The notes under the pieces: generated by a model
What the model was told of the DNA's origin: nothing
Databases searched by the model: none
What the model saw: only the letters and a program-made list of their open reading frames with translations
Translations under genes and position numbers: made by a program
Part shown: positions 1 through 10,420 of the stretch, one piece after another
How the letters are laid out: each line of letters starts with the position of its first letter
Numbering within the stretch: position 1 is the stretch's first letter
DNA from: Elusimicrobiota bacterium
GTDB lineage: Bacteria > Elusimicrobiota > Elusimicrobia > Elusimicrobiales > UBA9959
Direction of reading: 5' to 3'
Length of the DNA stretch: 64,000 bases
Assembly (NCBI GenBank): GCA_036574205.1
Contig: JAINCQ010000020.1
Coordinates: forward strand, 26,840 to 90,839

Positions 1-294
1 CTTATAATAGGCTTTTCATTTGGTATGGTGATGACTATTATACCTGTGCTTCCATCTGGACTTGGCGCAATGGAGGTCGTTATATCAGGCTTTTATTCAA
101 ATTGTGGAATTCCTCTTGAGTCAGCCATATTTGCAAGCCTTGTCTTTAGAATTTTCTATTACATAATTCCATCAATAATAAGTATGGTAATGTTTTACGG
201 AATGAAAATAGTAGAACCTGATATTGATAGAGATGATTTAGATTATATTGAAAAAAACGGGAGGAAGAATGATAGAAAAATTCATGAAAAATGA
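1..294 (+). CDS. 3' part of a UPF0104/lysylphosphatidylglycerol-synthase-TM (flippase-like) membrane protein, truncated by the window edge
   Basis: Motif IIPVLPSGLGAMEV...SAIFASLVFRIFYY is typical of the LPG_synthase_TM C-terminus; the frame is open from the window start. Confidence 0.7.
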   Translation, partial: LIIGFSFGMVMTIIPVLPSGLGAMEVVISGFYSNCGIPLESAIFASLVFRIFYYIIPSIISMVMFYGMKIVEPDIDRDDLDYIEKNGRKNDRKIHEK

Positions 295-775
295 ACCTGT
301 AATATCACCAAAAGCCTATATCCACAAAACTGCTGTTATAATAGGAAATGTGGAAATTGATGACGATGTTTCTGTCTGGCCATATGTTGTTTTAAGGGGA
401 GACATAGATAAAATAAAAATAGGCAAAAGAAGCAATATACAGGACCTTTCTGTTTTTCATCCAAACAGAAACAAACCTATTATAATTGGTGAAAATGTAA
501 CTGTAGGACATGGGGCTATTGTCCATGGTAGTGTAATAGGGAACAACTGTCTTATAGCTATGAATGCCACTGTAATAGATAGCCAGATAGGTGATAATTG
601 TCTTATAGGAGCAAATTGTCTTATAACTCCAAATTCTAAAATTCCTCCAGGTTCATTGGTTGTTGGCGTTCCATTTAAGATAGTAAGGGAACTAACAGAT
701 AAAGAGATAAAAGCCATATCTGAATCAGCTGAGGATTATTTTAATCTTATGAGTGCATATATGGGGAATAAATGA
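269..775 (+). CDS. Gamma carbonic anhydrase family (YrdA/PaaY-like) hexapeptide-repeat protein
   Basis: VVLRGD, SNIQD, TVGHGAIVHG metal-ligand His motifs; ATG at 269 follows GGAGG. Confidence 0.9.
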   Translation: MIEKFMKNEPVISPKAYIHKTAVIIGNVEIDDDVSVWPYVVLRGDIDKIKIGKRSNIQDLSVFHPNRNKPIIIGENVTVGHGAIVHGSVIGNNCLIAMNATVIDSQIGDNCLIGANCLITPNSKIPPGSLVVGVPFKIVRELTDKEIKAISESAEDYFNLMSAYMGNK

Positions 776-1140
776 AAAAAATATTGATCATAGAAGACAA
801 CAGGCAAACAACATCTGTTCTTAAAGAGATTTTTGAAAAGGAAGGGTATGCTGTAATTACAGCAACTGATGGAATTGATGGGATCCGGCAGGCAAAACAT
901 CAGCTACCAGATCTTATTCTTCTGGATCTTTTACTCCCCAAAATAAGTGGATTTGATATATGTCTTAAGTTAATGCAGGATGACAAGACAAGAAAAACCC
1001 CAATTATAATAATTTCTACTCTTGCTGACGAAAAACAAACCAGAGAGAAATTAAAGACATGCGAGGTTGTAAGATTTATGAAAAAGCCATACACTATTGA
1101 AGATCTTATACAGGAGATTAAAAATATCTTAAAAAATTGA
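772..1140 (+). CDS. Single-domain response regulator (receiver domain)
   Basis: ILIIED, PDLILLDLLLP (phospho-acceptor Asp), KP motif. Confidence 0.9.
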   Translation: MKKILIIEDNRQTTSVLKEIFEKEGYAVITATDGIDGIRQAKHQLPDLILLDLLLPKISGFDICLKLMQDDKTRKTPIIIISTLADEKQTREKLKTCEVVRFMKKPYTIEDLIQEIKNILKN

Positions 1141-1910
1141 ATATAGATTTTCAAATGAACCAAAGTATATTATCAGAAATTTATCAATTACTATATCAAA
1201 AATTTGGTCCTCAGGGATGGTGGCCAATATGCGACAAACAGACAGGAATTTCAGTTTACAGAAAAAATTTTTTTGGAAAGTTAAGCTCAACTGAAACTTT
1301 TGAAATAGCAATTGGAGCGATATTAACACAGAACACTACATGGAAAAACGCTGAAAAAGCTATTTTTTCGCTTAAAAAAAACTCAATACTTACTCCAAAA
1401 TCCATTCTTTCATCCCCAAAAAAGACTTTATATAAACTTATAAGATCCAGCGGATATTACAAACAAAAAACAAAAAAAATAATTGAATTTTGTCTATGGA
1501 TTCAAAAAAATGGCGGAGATCTTAAAAGAATATTAGGAATAAAAAAAGGAGAGATATTAAGAAATGAGTTGCTTCAAATAAATGGAATAGGCAGAGAAAC
1601 TGCGGATTCTATCTTGCTTTATGCTGGATATCTGCCTTTTTTTGTTATAGATGCTTATACAAGACGTTTATATTCAAGAGTATTTCTAGATCCTACCGTT
1701 TATAAATATGACGAACTTCAAAATATTTTTGAAAAAAACATTGATAAAAACTTTAAAACATATATGGAGTTTCATGCTCTTATAGTGAAACTTTCAAAAG
1801 AATATTGTTTTAAATTTGAGCCTGCTTGCGAAAAATGCATTATTTCAAAATATTGTAAAAAAGGAATTCTGTATGATAAAAATAAAAGAAAAGATAGAAA
1901 ATTATCTTAA
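1137..1910 (+). CDS. HhH-GPD / endonuclease III-related DNA glycosylase with 4Fe-4S motif
   Basis: GPQGWWP, GAILTQNTTWKNA, GIGRETADSILLY, C-terminal C-x6-C-x2-C-x5-C; alternative start ATG 1155. Confidence 0.85.
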   Translation: MNIDFQMNQSILSEIYQLLYQKFGPQGWWPICDKQTGISVYRKNFFGKLSSTETFEIAIGAILTQNTTWKNAEKAIFSLKKNSILTPKSILSSPKKTLYKLIRSSGYYKQKTKKIIEFCLWIQKNGGDLKRILGIKKGEILRNELLQINGIGRETADSILLYAGYLPFFVIDAYTRRLYSRVFLDPTVYKYDELQNIFEKNIDKNFKTYMEFHALIVKLSKEYCFKFEPACEKCIISKYCKKGILYDKNKRKDRKLS

Positions 1911-2916
1911 CAATGAAAATATAAAGTCAGCATTAAAACTTGTAAGAAAACTGAATAAGAAATCTTCTTATTACTTTTACTATATGGCTCAAATAAAACG
2001 GATGATGGGATTTATGAAAGAGGCGGAAAAATATTACCTTAAAGCCATAAAAGGAGGTTTAAAACTTGAAAAACAGGATTATCTTGACTGTCTTTTAAAG
2101 TTAGCCTCTATTTCAAGGTCATTTGGTTTAAAACATCAGAGCCTTAAATACCTTAATATGGCTTTTAAAATAGATCCACAAAATACAAATGTGATTCTTG
2201 AAAAAGCTATGTATTTCAGGATGATAGGGGACTTTGATAATTCAATTAAAGTTATGAATACTTTGCTTAAAAAGTATCGTAGGGAAAAAGATTTTCAAGG
2301 CATTTCTTATATTTTATGGGCAAAAGGGGGAATTTACAGGCTTTCAGGCAAATTGAAACTTTCAATTTCATCATATCGTAGCGCATATCATTATAGCTTA
2401 AAAGCAAAAGACCTATCCCTTAAAATATACTCTCTTTTAGGACTTGCCGGGGTTATGAGGATAAGTGGGGATGTGAAATCTTCCTTAAAAACATATCTTA
2501 AAGCTAAAAAATATATTTCTAAAAATGATATCTTTGCCTCTGCCTATGTTTATTGCGGAATAGGAAATTCATTAAGGCAGATGGGGGATTTAGATAATGC
2601 CCTTAAAAACTACAAAAAATCCTATCTGCTCTATTTAAAAACAGGAGATTTTCTTGATCTTGGGCTTGTTTTATGGGGGATAGGAGAGTGTTATAAACGA
2701 AAAGGAAAATTTTCTTCGGCATTGAAATATTTTAATAAAGCGTCAGGTTTATTTAATAAAGGTTTTGAACCAAGAGGTAAAATATTGAATATGATGTCTA
2801 TTGCCCAAATTTATTATCTTACAGGTAATATCAAAAAAGGAAGAAAAATTTATGATCTTGCATATTCGCTTTCAAGAAAGAATAATTTATCCACATATCT
2901 TGAAATTTTTACATAA
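1873..2916 (+). CDS. Tetratricopeptide repeat protein
   Basis: Repeated ~40-aa helical units (LWAKGGIYRLSG, YCGIGNSLRQMG, LWGIGECYKRKG); ATG at 1873 chosen as start. Confidence 0.8.
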   Translation: MIKIKEKIENYLNNENIKSALKLVRKLNKKSSYYFYYMAQIKRMMGFMKEAEKYYLKAIKGGLKLEKQDYLDCLLKLASISRSFGLKHQSLKYLNMAFKIDPQNTNVILEKAMYFRMIGDFDNSIKVMNTLLKKYRREKDFQGISYILWAKGGIYRLSGKLKLSISSYRSAYHYSLKAKDLSLKIYSLLGLAGVMRISGDVKSSLKTYLKAKKYISKNDIFASAYVYCGIGNSLRQMGDLDNALKNYKKSYLLYLKTGDFLDLGLVLWGIGECYKRKGKFSSALKYFNKASGLFNKGFEPRGKILNMMSIAQIYYLTGNIKKGRKIYDLAYSLSRKNNLSTYLEIFT

Positions 2917-2945
2917 TACTTACGCTATATGCTAAAATATATTCT

Positions 2946-3623
2946 ATGAGATCCTTATATTTTTTTGCTTTTTGTTCATTTTTTTTATCTATTTCTATTT
3001 TTGCCGAGGATAAAAAAAGAGATTTTTTGATGGGGAGTATTGTAAAAAGTGATTTATGGGAGATAGATCGTAAGAATAATATTGAGTATTTTAAAAAAAA
3101 TGTTTCATTCAGAAATGATAGATTTTTTTTTAAATCAGATAACGCAATTTATGATCATAATAATAAAAAATGGAATGCTTATGGAAATGTTTATGCTAAA
3201 GACAATATAGAGAAAAACTCTTTTATTGAAGTTTTTTGTGGTAAAGCAAATTATAATGAAAATAATGAAGAAGTGTTTATGGAGTCATTTCCAGATAAAA
3301 ACAAGTTTATATATTATAATGATAATAAATATCCTTATACTGCCTATTCATATAAAGCAATTGCAAACAATTTCTCAAAGGAGATACTTTTTACAGGAGC
3401 CTTTGAACTTCATACATCAAGTATTTCTGCTTATAGCGATAATGCTTTTTATAGAGAGATTGATAAAACTTTTGAATTAACATCTTCCCCTTATCTTACA
3501 GGTTCAAACCACTCTTATAATTTTAAAATTACAGGAGAAAAGATAAAGATTTTCAAAGATGAACGGAAAGCATATATTACAGATAATATATATGGAGTTA
3601 TAAGTTCTGAAAAAAAAGAATAA
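2946..3623 (+). CDS. Exported LptA/OstA-like beta-jellyroll protein
   Basis: Signal peptide, repeated beta-strand pattern (AYGNV, ILFTG), directly upstream of lptB. Confidence 0.6.
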   Translation: MRSLYFFAFCSFFLSISIFAEDKKRDFLMGSIVKSDLWEIDRKNNIEYFKKNVSFRNDRFFFKSDNAIYDHNNKKWNAYGNVYAKDNIEKNSFIEVFCGKANYNENNEEVFMESFPDKNKFIYYNDNKYPYTAYSYKAIANNFSKEILFTGAFELHTSSISAYSDNAFYREIDKTFELTSSPYLTGSNHSYNFKITGEKIKIFKDERKAYITDNIYGVISSEKKE

Positions 3624-3634
3624 AATCTTTCAAT

Positions 3635-4354
3635 ATGAAACTTGAAACTAAAAAACTTGTAAAAATATACAATAAAAAGAGAGTTGTAAATGGAATATCA
3701 ATATCGATTTCTTCAGGTGAGATAGTTGGACTTCTTGGTCCAAATGGGGCAGGAAAATCCACAACATTCAATATGATAATAGGGTTTATTGAACCTGATG
3801 AGGGGAAGGTATTTCTTGATGAAAGAGATATATCTTTAGAACCGGTTTATAAAAGAGCAAGACTTGGACTTGGATATCTGGCACAGGAGCCTACTATATT
3901 CAGGGAATTAACTGTAGAAGAAAATCTTATAGCCATAATTGAAAGAAACGAAAAAGATAAGAAAATAATTAATGACAGAGCTTCTGATCTTCTTAAAGAA
4001 TTTTCTATCGAGCATCTAAAAAAACAAAAGGCCTCTACCCTTTCAGGAGGAGAAAAAAGAAGACTTGAAGTAGCAAGGGTTATGGTAAACAACCCAAAAA
4101 TTATAATGCTGGACGAGCCCTTTGTAGGGATAGACCCTATAACTGTTAATGATCTTAAAAATATCATAAAACACCTTAAAAAAAAGGGTATAGGAATTTT
4201 AATAAGCGATCATAATGTGAGAGAAACTCTTTCAATAGTGGATAGGGCATATTTAATATACAGGGGTGAGGTTCTTGTAGAAGGGGACTCAAAGAAGCTT
4301 ACTGCTGATGAAAGGGCAAGAAAGTTTTATCTTGGCGATGATTTTTCTTTGTAA
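3635..4354 (+). CDS. lptB: LPS export ABC transporter ATP-binding protein
   Basis: GLLGPNGAGKSTTF, GYLAQE, LSGGEKRRLE, LDEPFVGIDP, DHNVRETL, YLG terminus. Confidence 0.95.
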   Translation: MKLETKKLVKIYNKKRVVNGISISISSGEIVGLLGPNGAGKSTTFNMIIGFIEPDEGKVFLDERDISLEPVYKRARLGLGYLAQEPTIFRELTVEENLIAIIERNEKDKKIINDRASDLLKEFSIEHLKKQKASTLSGGEKRRLEVARVMVNNPKIIMLDEPFVGIDPITVNDLKNIIKHLKKKGIGILISDHNVRETLSIVDRAYLIYRGEVLVEGDSKKLTADERARKFYLGDDFSL

Positions 4355-4356
4355 AG

Positions 4357-4890
4357 ATGAAAAAATTTTTTTTGATTTCGATTTTATTTTTGTTTTCCTG
4401 TAATAGAAATAAAGATGAAATATTTATCAGCAAAAATACTTTTATAAAAAAACTATCAATAGATCATATTAAAGACAATGAAAAAAGATGGACGCTTTTC
4501 TGCGATAACGCTATAGTTGATGAAGAAAAAAACTTTTTTAAATGTTATAAGACAAAAATAAAGGTTTACAAGGATAATAAGATTGCTTCAATTATAACAT
4601 CTGAAACTGGATATGGGGATATTTCTGTTAATTCTTTTTATCTTAAAAATAATTGTCAGATTATATCATATCTGGAAAACATTGACCTTCTAACCCAAAC
4701 AATAAATTTTGACTCAAAAAATGAAAAAATTTATTCCAAAGATATAACAAAAATATTAAGAAAAAAAGAAAACATAGAGATTATTTCAAAAGGTTTTGAG
4801 GCAAAAAGCGATCTTTCCAATATAAAATTTTTTAATCACACCACCCATATGATAAACAGTAATTTGCATGACATAAAACCCAAAATATAA
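4357..4890 (+). CDS. lptC: LPS export periplasmic protein LptC-like (possible lipoprotein)
   Basis: N-terminal hydrophobic stretch ending FSC, jellyroll-like repeats, C-terminal GFEAKSDL; adjacent to lptB. Confidence 0.65.
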   Translation: MKKFFLISILFLFSCNRNKDEIFISKNTFIKKLSIDHIKDNEKRWTLFCDNAIVDEEKNFFKCYKTKIKVYKDNKIASIITSETGYGDISVNSFYLKNNCQIISYLENIDLLTQTINFDSKNEKIYSKDITKILRKKENIEIISKGFEAKSDLSNIKFFNHTTHMINSNLHDIKPKI

Positions 4891-4893
4891 ACC

Positions 4894-5865
4894 CTATATT
4901 ATTCCTTCTTTTATCAGATCCCTTTCGTCTATTATCCCTACTACTTTTTTAGAATCATCAACTACTGGAATATTGTCTATCTTTTTGGAATGCATTATAT
5001 TGGCCGCCAGTATTGCCATTTCATTTTGATTTATTGAAATTGGATCTCTGGTCATATGTTTTTTTATGCTGTCTTGAAGTTTTATGTTATTAAAGTTTCT
5101 TCTTATATCCCCATCAGTAAAAAAACCAACAAGCCTTTTTTTTGAATCAACTACTGAAACCGCTCCAACCGATGTTTTTGTCATAGCAGAAATCGCATCT
5201 TTTATTTTTTTGTCAGCGGAGATAACTGGATTGGCTTTTCCTTTTCTCATTATATCAGAAACTTTTACATAAAGTAATCTTCCTATATTTCCACCAGGAT
5301 GATTTAGAGCAAAATCTTTTTTACCATATCCTTTCATTTTCATTAATGTTATAGCAATAACATCACCAAAAACCATCATTGCAGTTGTTGAAGATGTAGG
5401 AACTATGTTATGTGGACACGCCTCGCCGGGAGTTTTAAGATTAATGGTTATATCTGAAATAGATGATATTTTAGAGTTTTCATTATTAGTAATAGCGATT
5501 ATCTTAACTCCCTTCTTTTTTATAATAGCAGCAAACTTATTTGTTTCTGATGTGTCGCCTGAGTTTGAAAATAAAATAGCAATATCTTCTTTGAATATTA
5601 TTCCAAGTTCGCCATGAAGCGCTTCTACAGGATGAATAAAAAGACTTTGAGTTCCAGTTGAAACCAGTGTAGAAGCTATTTTTTGAGCCACAAGCCCTGA
5701 TTTCCCAACACCGCTTAATATTATCTTACCTTTTGAATTTAATATTAAATCCATCATTTTTAAAAAATTTTTATTTATGGCTTTATCCTTCAAAGATTTT
5801 AAAGCATCAATCTCAGATTCAATAACTGCTTTTGCAAACTTTATTATATTCTGTTTCTCTATCAT
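4894..5865 (-). CDS. kdsD: Arabinose-5-phosphate isomerase (KpsF/GutQ family, SIS + CBS)
   Basis: GVGKSG, HPVEALHGELG, PTSSTTA, HPGG, C-terminal CBS pair. Confidence 0.95.
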   Translation of the reverse strand: MIEKQNIIKFAKAVIESEIDALKSLKDKAINKNFLKMMDLILNSKGKIILSGVGKSGLVAQKIASTLVSTGTQSLFIHPVEALHGELGIIFKEDIAILFSNSGDTSETNKFAAIIKKKGVKIIAITNNENSKISSISDITINLKTPGEACPHNIVPTSSTTAMMVFGDVIAITLMKMKGYGKKDFALNHPGGNIGRLLYVKVSDIMRKGKANPVISADKKIKDAISAMTKTSVGAVSVVDSKKRLVGFFTDGDIRRNFNNIKLQDSIKKHMTRDPISINQNEMAILAANIMHSKKIDNIPVVDDSKKVVGIIDERDLIKEGII

Positions 5866-6131
5866 GGCTGGGGTTTTTTATATGGATAAAGCCAGGGGGT
5901 CATTTCGGCTGGAATTATCCTTTGATCGTAAGGAGGCGGAAGTTTATGTAAAATGCCGCTTAATAGAAAATATAAAACCCCCAGGGTTATATAGATAATT
6001 GAAAGAGTTTTAATATGCCACTTAGTATCACAGAACCAAACGGGAGGTTTAGATAGATCTTTGCCGCATTTTTTACAAAACTTTAGATTAGCTTTATTTT
6101 CAAAACCACAGTCCGGACACTTCATAACCAC
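5862..6131 (-). CDS. Zinc-ribbon membrane protein
   Basis: CPDCG...FCKKCG followed by one TM helix; translationally coupled between kdsA and kdsD. Confidence 0.75.
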   Translation of the reverse strand: MVMKCPDCGFENKANLKFCKKCGKDLSKPPVWFCDTKWHIKTLSIIYITLGVLYFLLSGILHKLPPPYDQRIIPAEMTPWLYPYKKPQP

Positions 6132-6132
6132 C

Positions 6133-6966
6133 TCACATAATAGATTTTACCAATTTATCCAATTTATTTAAAATACTCACATAACTTTTTACTTCAGCAA
6201 GCGGAAGTGAATTACTTCCATCGGATAACGCCTTTTCTGGATTTATGTGAGTTTCAAAAAAAACACCTGCAATTCCCTGAGCAACCGCAGATTTAGAAAG
6301 TGGAAGAATAAATTGCCTGTCTCCCCCTGTTTTAAAAGCAAGTCCGCCAGGTCTTTGAACTGAGTGTGTGGCGTCAAAAACGATTGGATAGCCAAATTGC
6401 TTCATTATTTCAAAACCTCTCATATCCACGACAAGATTGTTATAACCAAAAGTAGTTCCTCGTTCAGTAATTATGATTTTATTATTCTTAGTAGATTCTA
6501 TTTTTTTTATTATATTTTCCACTTCATATGGCGATAAAAACTGTCCTTTTTTAACATTAACAGCTTTTTGAGTTTCACCTGCAGCCAGAACCAAATCAGT
6601 CTGCCTGCACAAAAAGGCGGGTATCTGTATTATATCCGCTACCTCTTTAACTTTTTGAGCCTGATCAGGAAGATGTATATCAACCAATATTGGCAGTTTA
6701 AATTTTTGTTTTACAGTTTTAAGTATTTCAATTGCTTTATCAAACCCGATCCCCCTAAAAGAATTTATTGAACTTCTATTTGCCTTGTCAAATGAAGCCT
6801 TTGCTACAAATTTAGAGTTTAAGATTTCAAAATATTTTTTTAAATCCGAAATAGTTTTAAGATAATTATCCCTGCTTTCTATAACACAGGTTCCAGCTAT
6901 ATACACAAGCGGCAGATCGTTTGAAAAGATTATATCATCTGATATCTTAACCACTTTAGATTTCAT
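6133..6966 (-). CDS. kdsA: KDO 8-phosphate synthase
   Basis: KASFDKANRSS, QIPAFLCRQTDL, KKGQF, FDATHSVQRPGG. Confidence 0.97.
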   Translation of the reverse strand: MKSKVVKISDDIIFSNDLPLVYIAGTCVIESRDNYLKTISDLKKYFEILNSKFVAKASFDKANRSSINSFRGIGFDKAIEILKTVKQKFKLPILVDIHLPDQAQKVKEVADIIQIPAFLCRQTDLVLAAGETQKAVNVKKGQFLSPYEVENIIKKIESTKNNKIIITERGTTFGYNNLVVDMRGFEIMKQFGYPIVFDATHSVQRPGGLAFKTGGDRQFILPLSKSAVAQGIAGVFFETHINPEKALSDGSNSLPLAEVKSYVSILNKLDKLVKSIM

Positions 6967-8560
6967 CAGCTCTCCTTAAAAGACATGTTTTCACAAAATT
7001 AACAAATAAAGGATGCGGGGAAAGCGGTCTTGAGTTAAATTCGGGATGAAACTGAACACCTATAAAAAATGGATGATTTTTGTACTCTATTATTTCAACA
7101 AGTTTATCTTTAGAGTTAAAACCTGATATCTTCATTCCTTTTTTTTCAAATTTTTGAATGTAAATATTATTGAATTCAAATCTATGTCTGTGCCTTTCCA
7201 AAATAGTGGTCTTTTCATAAATTCTATATGCAAGTGTCCCTTTTTTGATAGAACATGGATAATTTCCAAGTCTCATTGTTCCACCCTTATTAACATTTTT
7301 CTGTCCTTCTATCAATGTTATTACAGGATCTTTGGTCTTAGGATTAAATTCAAGGGAATGTGCTGTTTTAAGGTTTAAAACATTTCTTGCAAACTCTATC
7401 GCAGCACATTGCATTCCAAGACATATTCCAAGAAAAGGGACTCCATTTTCTCTTGCTATTTTTATAGCATATATTTTGCCTTCTATTCCTCTTTCACCAA
7501 AACCACCTGGTATTATAAGTCCATTTGCACTTTTTATTGTGTTTTCTATAAAATCAAATTTTTCTTCTGTATCAAGATATACTATTTCAAGATTAGCATC
7601 ATTGGCAATAGAAGCGTGAAGCAGTGCTTCATTAAGCGATTTATAGGAATCTTTAAGTTTCGTATATTTTCCAGCCATAACTATGCTGATTTTTCTGTAT
7701 TTATCCATTTCTTTTACTTTAGAAACAAACCTTTCCCAGTCTTTCGCATCATATTGATTACTTCTAAGTCTTAAAAGCATCATTATCTGTTCGTCTATTC
7801 CCTGTTTTTTTAAAAGTTCAGGGACTTCATAAATACTTTTCACATTATGCACTTCTATTATAGCCTCAAGTGGGACAGAAGAAAATAACGCTATTTTTTT
7901 CTTAAGCTCAGAGTTCAAAGGTTTTTCAGATCTAGTAACTATTATGTCTGGATCTATCCCTATCTCCCTTAATTTTGTGACTGAATGTTGAGTAGGCTTT
8001 GTTTTAAGCTCATCAGTTGAGCTTAGATATGGCACAAGCGTCACATGAATATAAATCACATCACTTGTATTTCTATTTATTTTCATTTGTCTTGCAGCTT
8101 CTAAAAAAGGAAGGCTTTCTATATCTCCAACAGTCCCTCCTATTTCTATTATAACTATATCATATCCTTCTCCAGCTTTTATGAATCTATTCTTAATTTC
8201 ATCTGTAAGATGTGGAATTATCTGGACAGTCTGTCCCAGATAAAGTCCTTTTCTTTCCTTTTCTATAACAGCGCTATAAACTTTTCCTTCGGTTATGTTA
8301 CTGTCAGAAGACATCTTTACTTCCACAAACCTTTCATAATGTCCTAAGTCAAGATCTGTTTCAGCTCCATCTTCAGTAACAAAAACCTCACCATGCTGAA
8401 ATGGGCTCATAGTTCCAGCGTCAACATTTAGATAAGGGTCACACTTTATCATATTGATCTTAAATCCATGAGATTTCAATAACCTGCCAATTGATGCGCT
8501 TGTTATTCCTTTTCCAAGCGAACTAACAACCCCACCAGTTATGAATATATATTTAGCCAT
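6956..8560 (-). CDS. pyrG: CTP synthase
   Basis: TGGVVSSLGKG, GGTVGDIES, GICLGMQ, RHRHRFE, QFHPE. Confidence 0.98.
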   Translation of the reverse strand: MAKYIFITGGVVSSLGKGITSASIGRLLKSHGFKINMIKCDPYLNVDAGTMSPFQHGEVFVTEDGAETDLDLGHYERFVEVKMSSDSNITEGKVYSAVIEKERKGLYLGQTVQIIPHLTDEIKNRFIKAGEGYDIVIIEIGGTVGDIESLPFLEAARQMKINRNTSDVIYIHVTLVPYLSSTDELKTKPTQHSVTKLREIGIDPDIIVTRSEKPLNSELKKKIALFSSVPLEAIIEVHNVKSIYEVPELLKKQGIDEQIMMLLRLRSNQYDAKDWERFVSKVKEMDKYRKISIVMAGKYTKLKDSYKSLNEALLHASIANDANLEIVYLDTEEKFDFIENTIKSANGLIIPGGFGERGIEGKIYAIKIARENGVPFLGICLGMQCAAIEFARNVLNLKTAHSLEFNPKTKDPVITLIEGQKNVNKGGTMRLGNYPCSIKKGTLAYRIYEKTTILERHRHRFEFNNIYIQKFEKKGMKISGFNSKDKLVEIIEYKNHPFFIGVQFHPEFNSRPLSPHPLFVNFVKTCLLRRADEI

Positions 8561-8579
8561 AAAACCTCCAGAAAATAAT

Positions 8580-9320
8580 CTATTTAATGTTTTGAGCGTA
8601 ATTCTCCGCTTTCTTTATATCAGCAGGAACATCTATTGCCGGTCCTTGATCTTTAACTAAAACAGTCCCTATAATAAATCCATTATCAATAGCTCTTAAC
8701 TGCTCAAGCCTTTCAAGAACTTCGTTTTTAGTTTGGGGGAGAGAAACAAATTTTCTTAAAGACTCTTTCCTGTAAACATAAATACCGCAATGTTTAAAAT
8801 ATGGGACTTTTTCTGACAATTTAGAAAGGCTATGATGATATGGGATAGGTAACCTTGAAAAATAAACTGCCCTTCCATCATTTCCGATAGCTACTTTTAC
8901 GCAATTTGGATTATTTATATCTTTAATGTCAGATATTTTTGATACAACAGTTGTTATATCAAATAAGTTTTTTTCTTTAATTTTAAGCCAGGCTTTTCTT
9001 ATTGTATCAGATTTTATAAAAGGTTCATCAGCCTGCAAATTTACCACTATGTCATAATCTTTATTTTTAACCACCTCCCATACTCTATCACTTCCAGATT
9101 GGCATTTTTCACTGGTCATTACCGCCTTTGCATTTATTTTAATAGCAAAATTCATAACTTTTTCATTTTCCGTTGCAATAATGATCTCATCAGCTATATT
9201 AGCTTTTGCGGCCTTTTCCCATACCCATTGAAGGATAGGTTTTCCTAAAAGTGGGAATAGGACTTTTCCAGGAAATCTAGTTGAAGCGTAACGCGCTGGT
9301 ATAACTATTACTGTTTTCAT
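8580..9320 (-). CDS. kdsB: CMP-KDO synthetase
   Basis: IPARYASTRFPGK, NLQADEP, YFSR, LEQLRA. Confidence 0.96.
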   Translation of the reverse strand: MKTVIVIPARYASTRFPGKVLFPLLGKPILQWVWEKAAKANIADEIIIATENEKVMNFAIKINAKAVMTSEKCQSGSDRVWEVVKNKDYDIVVNLQADEPFIKSDTIRKAWLKIKEKNLFDITTVVSKISDIKDINNPNCVKVAIGNDGRAVYFSRLPIPYHHSLSKLSEKVPYFKHCGIYVYRKESLRKFVSLPQTKNEVLERLEQLRAIDNGFIIGTVLVKDQGPAIDVPADIKKAENYAQNIK

Positions 9321-10321
9321 TTATTTATAGCCTCTATTAGTTCCTCAACAGTTGCTGTAGCTGTTCCTAATTTGGCAACAACTATCCCTGCAGCATAGTT
9401 TGATATAACCGCTGAAGTTAATATATCCTTTGAGCAGGCATAAGCAAGAGAAAGAACCGATATTACGGTATCACCTGCTCCAGTTACATCATAAACTTCT
9501 CTTGCTTCTGTGGGTATATGAGAGATTTTGATTTTACCATTAAAATTATCAAAAACTGTCATCCCATTTTCGCTCTGAGTTATTATAAGAGATTTTAACC
9601 TTAGCTTTTTAACTATTTCAACTCCAAGCTTCTCTATATCTTTCTGTTCCTTTGATTCAATTTTTCTCATTCCAGAAAAAGCTTCAGTAATATTAGGGGT
9701 CATAGATGTTATTTTTTTATATGAAAAAAAATGTTCTATTTTTGGATCTACAAAAATTGGAATATTAAATAAGTTAGCTTTTGAAATAGAATATTCAATT
9801 ATTTCCTTTGAAAGGACTCCCTTGCCATAATCAGATAAAATGATAGCATCAACTTTCTTTTTTATCACCTCATCTATGTTATATAATATTTTCTTTTTAA
9901 TTTCATGGGTATAGGAAAATTTTACTTCCTTATCTATTCTTACTATCTGTTGATGTTCAGCTATCGCCCTCGTTTTTTCTGGAGTTTTTTGAAAATCACT
10001 TTTTATTATATAATCTGTATATATATTGCCTTTTTTCCCAATCATTGATAAGATCTCATCACTAGCCAAATCGTTTCCTATGACTGATACAAGATATGAT
10101 TTAGCTCCAAGATCTGATATGTTATTTGCCACATTGCTTGCTCCACCGAAAGAAGTTTTTTGCGAAACTACCTCAAGCACAGGAACCGGCGCTTCCGGAG
10201 ATATTCTTTTCACTTTCCCAAATATATATCTATCAAGAATTATATCCCCGATTATGGCTATTTTTTTATTTTTAAACTCTTTTATTATTTTAAGAAGGGT
10301 TTGTTTTGATTTTCTATCCAT
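9317..10321 (-). CDS. rfaE1: D-glycero-beta-D-manno-heptose-7-phosphate kinase (stand-alone HldE kinase domain)
   Basis: RISPEAPVPV, GGASNVA, DVTGAGDTV; no C-terminal adenylyltransferase domain. Confidence 0.92.
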   Translation of the reverse strand: MDRKSKQTLLKIIKEFKNKKIAIIGDIILDRYIFGKVKRISPEAPVPVLEVVSQKTSFGGASNVANNISDLGAKSYLVSVIGNDLASDEILSMIGKKGNIYTDYIIKSDFQKTPEKTRAIAEHQQIVRIDKEVKFSYTHEIKKKILYNIDEVIKKKVDAIILSDYGKGVLSKEIIEYSISKANLFNIPIFVDPKIEHFFSYKKITSMTPNITEAFSGMRKIESKEQKDIEKLGVEIVKKLRLKSLIITQSENGMTVFDNFNGKIKISHIPTEAREVYDVTGAGDTVISVLSLAYACSKDILTSAVISNYAAGIVVAKLGTATATVEELIEAINK

Positions 10322-10420
10322 ATAATATATTATATTAAAGAATAGTTAATACAAAAAGTTTTTTTGAATATTTAACTCAATTTTTTTAAAGGCCAGTTTT
10401 TTTATATATAATTATATGAG

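Noticed and set aside
6956..8560. pyrG inside the kds operon as a novelty
   Set aside because: kdsB-pyrG-kdsA linkage is a known arrangement in many Gram-negative bacteria
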